DNA from: Mobula hypostoma
Lineage: Eukaryota
Length of the DNA stretch: 64,000 nucleotides
Assembly (NCBI RefSeq): GCF_963921235.1
Contig: NC_086097.1
Span: forward strand, 8,246,001 to 8,310,000
Direction of reading: 5' to 3'
Part shown: in pieces, positions 58,922-64,000 of the stretch
Layout: each line of letters begins with the position of its first letter
How positions within the stretch are numbered: the stretch's first letter is position 1
Position numbers and translations under genes: made by a program
The notes under the pieces: generated by a model
Seen by the model: only the letters and a program-made list of their open reading frames with translations
Told to the model about the DNA's origin: nothing
The model's database searches: none

Positions 58922-59910
58922 TCCTTTTGTGTGTTGTTTACTTTTTATTGTTTGCATGGTTGTTCTTTTTCACACCCTGGATGTTCAACAGTCTTTGTTA
59001 CGTGAGTTTTTTGAAGTGGGTTCTATTGTGTATCTTTGTGGTTGTCTGTAAGAAGATGAATCTCAATGTTGTATATGGTACAGTACAAACTTTGATAATA
59101 AATATACTCTGAACTTTTAACTTCAAATGTTGTACCCTATTATCTACCAGCACTGCACTTTTTCTGTAAGTGTTGCTCTTTGTTCTACATTTTGTTAATG
59201 CTCTACCTAGTATTACCTTAATGCACTTTACCTTATTTATCTGTATGGACAGTTTGCAAGACAAGCTTTTCACTGTACCTCAGTACATGGGACAATAATA
59301 AACCAATTCTAATTCTTATTCCCCAAATACAATCCTCCCACATTCCAAAGACATATGAGCTGTTAGGTTAATTGGCAAATATAATACTGTAACATTGTTT
59401 AATGTTTAACATCATTTCCAGTACACAAGTGTAAAGGAGAATGAAATGATTCTTACTGTGAATCCGATGCAGAGAGAGAAAAAAACAAACTCAGTAAGAT
59501 AAAGCACACAATAATTTAAAAAAAACACAATAAAAAACATAATATACACACTGTGCTGGAGGGATTCAGCAGGCTAGGCAGCATCTATGGTAAAGTGTAC
59601 AGTTGACATTTGGATTTCCAGCAACTGCAGATTTCCACTTGTTTATAAAAATACAAAAGATAGTTTATGTTCATAGATTGATTGTATGTATATAAAGAGT
59701 CATTAGGCATAGGAGTATCTGTACATAAGGTGACAGACAGGAAATGATAAAATAGTGGTGTTTGAGGGTGTGATGGGTTGGTTATTGGGTGGAGATGTTG
59801 ATCAGCTTGGGGAAAGTAACTGGTTTTGAGTACGGAGGTCCTGGTGTGGATCTCTGCAGCCTCCTCCCTGATGGGAGTGGGGCAAACAGTGCATGAGCAG
59901 GGTGGGTGGG

Positions 59911-60425
59911 GAGGGTTGCCAACTGTTCCGTATTTGCTGGGACATCCCATATATTGGGCTAAATTGGTTTGTCCCATACGGGACCACCTTTGTCCTGTAT
60001 TTCCCCCGCCAAGGCAGAGTGTTCCTATGAAACCTTTCGTACTGAAATGGCGTAAAGCGAAGCAGCAATTACCATTAATTTATATGGGAAAAATTTTTGA
60101 GCGTTCCCAGACCCAAAAAAATAACCTACCAAATCATACCAAATAACACATAAAACCTAAAATAACACTAACATATAGTAAAAGCAGGAATGATATGATA
60201 AATACATAGCCTGTATAAAGTAGAAATAATGTATGTACAGTGTAGTCAGGAAGATTAAGCCAAAACTGATTTGTGGAAATAAAATTGGCACGTACATGCA
60301 TGCGCACACAGGTGCCCGAGCAAGGCTTCATGGTCATGGTAGTCTTTCTCGGGGTAAACACAAGTGTCCCATATTTGACTGCTACTTTTGTCCCTTATTT
60401 GGGAGTGAGAATGTTGGCAACTCTA
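59911..60425. mobile_element. hAT-type MITE (515 bp)
   Basis: TIRs (t/g)agggttgccaac...gttggcaactcta; decayed 8-bp TSD tgggtggg/tgtgtgta; host LINE resumes. Confidence 0.75.
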
Positions 60426-61739
60426 TGTGTGTAACATCCTTCATGATGTAACTTTTTTATCATTTTGTATGTGCACGGATTGGTGTCTTTTGAAAACTTG
60501 TTGTTTATTTTGTTGTAAGCAGACTTTCATTGATTCTATTTTTTGTATTTACTGTGTATGCCCACAAGAAAAGGAATCTCGGGGTTGTATATGGTGACAT
60601 ATATGTATTTTAATAATAAACTTACTTTAAACTTTAAGAACGATCCCCGATTGCATGAAGTGGAATATAGCAGGAAAGAAGCATAAGTACTGGGTGAAAT
60701 CCATTGGGCTGAATTCTGTGTCATTAAAAAATAATTTAGTGGTGTTTCCACCCATGTGACAGTGAATTGGGCACCCACACATCGAACAACAGAACTATTG
60801 GCCTATAAAGGAAGCAAATCAAGAAACTTGGAATAGAGCAACTGGAAGAAATTGTATTTCAACTTCATCTCGCCTTTGTAAATCATGAACTCTGCAACAG
60901 CAGTCCAAATGTAATTATAAACAGACTGAGCCACTTTATGTCAGAGTTTGTATACCGCCAGCTTCATCTTCTGAACCTTATACATACTTGTCCCATTGCC
61001 CTCATTCCTCTAACAGCCATGCTTACGGCAGCTTGTCTAAGTTGAAAAGCACGAGCAGTTATGAGCGAGAGAGTTCTGTAGAATTGGAAGGATTTCTGTA
61101 ACTGTACCATAATATTCTTTCCATCCAAGATTAACAATGTGTTGAACAAAACGGATAGTTTATGATTGCAGCACAAAATTTCCAGAGAGCCCAGAGAACT
61201 CAATTTGCCTACTGCTGACCATGCCCGACTTTTTTGGGAATTTGACTCATTGTTTACGTTTTCTCCTGTCTTCACAACTGTTTTTCATTTCTCTTGGCCA
61301 AATTGATGATGTGTTATGAGTGCTTCACGAAAGCTTCCATTACGGCTCATGTTCAATTTCAAATTCGGCAGTTCCTTCCAGGATCTGAAGACTTCCCTGG
61401 GAAACAAGTGGGTCAGAGCCTGTAGGGGGAACTGTCCAATTCCTTAGCATTTAAATTACCCACATTGGTGAGGGACTGCCATCTCAGTGTGATTCTCCCT
61501 GATCACACTCTCAGCTCCACAACACCCAAAGTCATTCACCTCCACGATGCAATTGCTTTTAAATACATCATCATCCATTATGAAGCATCTCCGGTATCGT
61601 CACAAGTGTTATCTATAAACTTGCCGAAAACGCAACTATTGTTGGCAGAATTTCAGATGGTGATGATATATATATGCCTAGAGAGCATGTGGCTTGGGTG
61701 GCGGGGGGGGGGGGGGGTTGGAGTTTGTTTGCTCCGAGT

Positions 61740-62110
61740 GTTGGAGACTGAGGGGAGACCTGATAAAAGCTTACGAGATTCTGAGAGAAATTGTTAGAGT
61801 AGACAGCAGCTATTTTTTTCCCATGGTTGAAATATCTAATATTAGATTCATGCATTTAAGGTGAGAGGAGGTAAATTCAAAGGAGATTGTGCGGGACAAG
61901 TTTGCTTATTACATGGACAGTGATTGAGTCAGGAATATGCTGCCACGGTTGATACTGGAGGCATTTAAGACGATCTTAGACAGCAAGAATGTACAATGAA
62001 TGGAGGAATGCAGACTTTATGCAGACAGAGGGGTTATTTTAATCAGTTATTTAATTACAGGTTTAATGAGCATGGTAAAGCACTGTGCTGAAAGGCCTGT
62101 TCCTGTTCTG
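61740..62110 (+). mobile_element. Old CR1 3' fragment
   Basis: gagactgaggggagacctgata..catgcatttaaggtgagagg..gctgaaaggcctgttcctgttctg. Confidence 0.65.
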
Positions 62111-63972
62111 AACTATTGGCAAAGAAGGATATCAGGGTCTCTCTTTCATCCATCGGTGATATTTATCAAGAGCGCTGTGTATACAAGAGACCTCAGCATT
62201 GTCTATGATCCCTCCCATTCGTCCAACTATTTCATTGACTCCCATCCCCCATCTTCTCCCGGGCCGTGAGATTACTGAACTCCCTGTCACCACCCAGGTC
62301 TCATCTTGTATGAAGTGCCATATTCTTATCTTGATCGTAAATGCACCATATTACTTGTTAATTTTTTTGTGCTAATGTTACTTTATGTGCTGTGTAAGTT
62401 ATGTGTATTGTATTGTGCACCTTGGTCTGGAGAAAAAATGTTTCTTTGAGTGGTATACAGGTGTACAGCTGAATGACAATAAACTGAACCTGAATTTGAA
62501 CTTGTACATGAGTGGGAGATTATGTAGAAATATCAGCTTCAGGTTTTGTACCCATCTGGTTCCTTTAGCCAAATGAGCAAAAGTAGACAATCAAAACTTT
62601 CGTACACATTTACAATCAGAGAATTGATTTCCTACAATGGTGTTTTCTGTTATCTGTCAGAAGAAATGACTGAGTAAGGTTCTGCAAACTCAATTGGATT
62701 TAACACTGTGATTCTCCTCATAGCTCCATTTCATTTGTCTGTTTGTTATTTGCCATGCCGTTGATGTGGGTGTTCATGGTCTTTCCATGACCATGATTGT
62801 TTTTGACAAATTTTTCAACAGAATTGGTTTGCCCTGGCTTCATTCTGGGCAGTGTCTTTACAAGATGGGTGACCTCAGACATTATCAATATTTTTCAGAG
62901 ATTGTCTGCCTGGCATCAATGGTCGCGTAGACAGGACTTATGCTGTGGACCATCCAGCAGGGAAGAAGCACATGACACCTCCTTTGGTAAAGACGTATCC
63001 CCATCCTATCACCCCTCTCCATCCTGCCACCCCATTTACCTGAGTTAAAAGATGAAGTTGACCTCACTAGCTTTGGGGCCCCTCAGCTGTGGGGAAAGTG
63101 ATTCACAACTAATTACCTGGTAAGGATAATGACCAGAGTCTCCCTCCCCCTATTTGTGACATTTACTGGGGGCATTGTAGACAAAGGGCCCGAAGCATTT
63201 TCAAGGACCCCTACCATCCATCGTACAATCTCTTTAACCCACTACCATCAGGAAAGAGGTACTGAAGCATCGGGAATAGGACTGCCGGGCTGTAAGACTA
63301 ATGAATACCCTGCCACCACTGAGGATTTGTCACTAGGTCAGCGAGATTTTTACTGTTTATTATACTGTTCACTGTTAACCTGTGCTACACACTTCACATG
63401 CATTTTGAATTATATATTATTGACTTATTCTTGGTATTAATTTGTTTTATGTGCTGTGTGTGATAAATGTTTTCGGGTGCGCTGTGGTCTGGAGGAACAT
63501 TTAGTTCTCAGTAAGTACAGTCCAATGACAATAAAGATGAAGTTTAACTTACTCCCAGAATTCCATGTGAAGCTTTGACAGAGCTGCAGGGGGTTGGGTG
63601 GAGAGCTTCATTTACTGTCAAATCTGTCACTACTTTTTACAGTTTTTAAAGCGGTTTTGGTTTTCACCGACACTTAGAAACTATAAAAATCAAAGTACAC
63701 TTTAAAAAAAATAGATGTTTCTTTTCAATTGTAGGAATTAATGAAAACGTTTGAGTAAAGAGCGGTAGGTGTTGAAGCGGTTTTGATAGAATGAATGCTT
63801 CCACTGGAGGGAAAGAGCAAAACTTGTAGAAATCATTAATAAAAGATAGTCATCAGGAAATCCAATAGGAAATTCAGAGAGAAAGAGAGAAAAAACCTGT
63901 CTTCAGCCAAAAATAGTTTGAAACTCGCTATCATAGAGATGATTGATGAAAAAATACAGATATTTTTAAGGA

Positions 63973-64000
63973 TCATAAGACCATAAGATATGGGAGCAGA
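63973..64000 (-). mobile_element. CR1 3' tail at window edge
   Basis: cataagaccataagatatgggagcaga. Confidence 0.7.

Overview
Gene-poor, repeat-dense vertebrate DNA, intergenic or deep intronic. The HE1/V-SINE, CR1, Rex1 and Penelope content points to a cartilaginous fish, probably a ray; this is inferred from repeat content only. No host protein-coding gene can be supported, and every recognisable ORF is transposon-derived. The window is a stack of nested elements: CR1, Rex1/Babar, L2, RTE and R4/Dong-type LINEs, Penelope-like elements (PLEs), tRNA-derived SINEs, TG..CA solo LTRs, and Tc1/mariner and hAT derivatives. The most notable system is the PLE complement. More than a dozen terminal repeats carry a minimal type-I hammerhead ribozyme motif, and two further hammerhead variants occur. 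Many PLE insertions are tiny fold-back units with 13-15 bp target-site duplications and a fixed inversion end-point. A near-intact single-ORF Rex1 LINE has inserted into a hammerhead catalytic core and was then itself disrupted by a mini-PLE. Family assignments come from motif recognition, not database searches, and boundaries of old elements are approximate.
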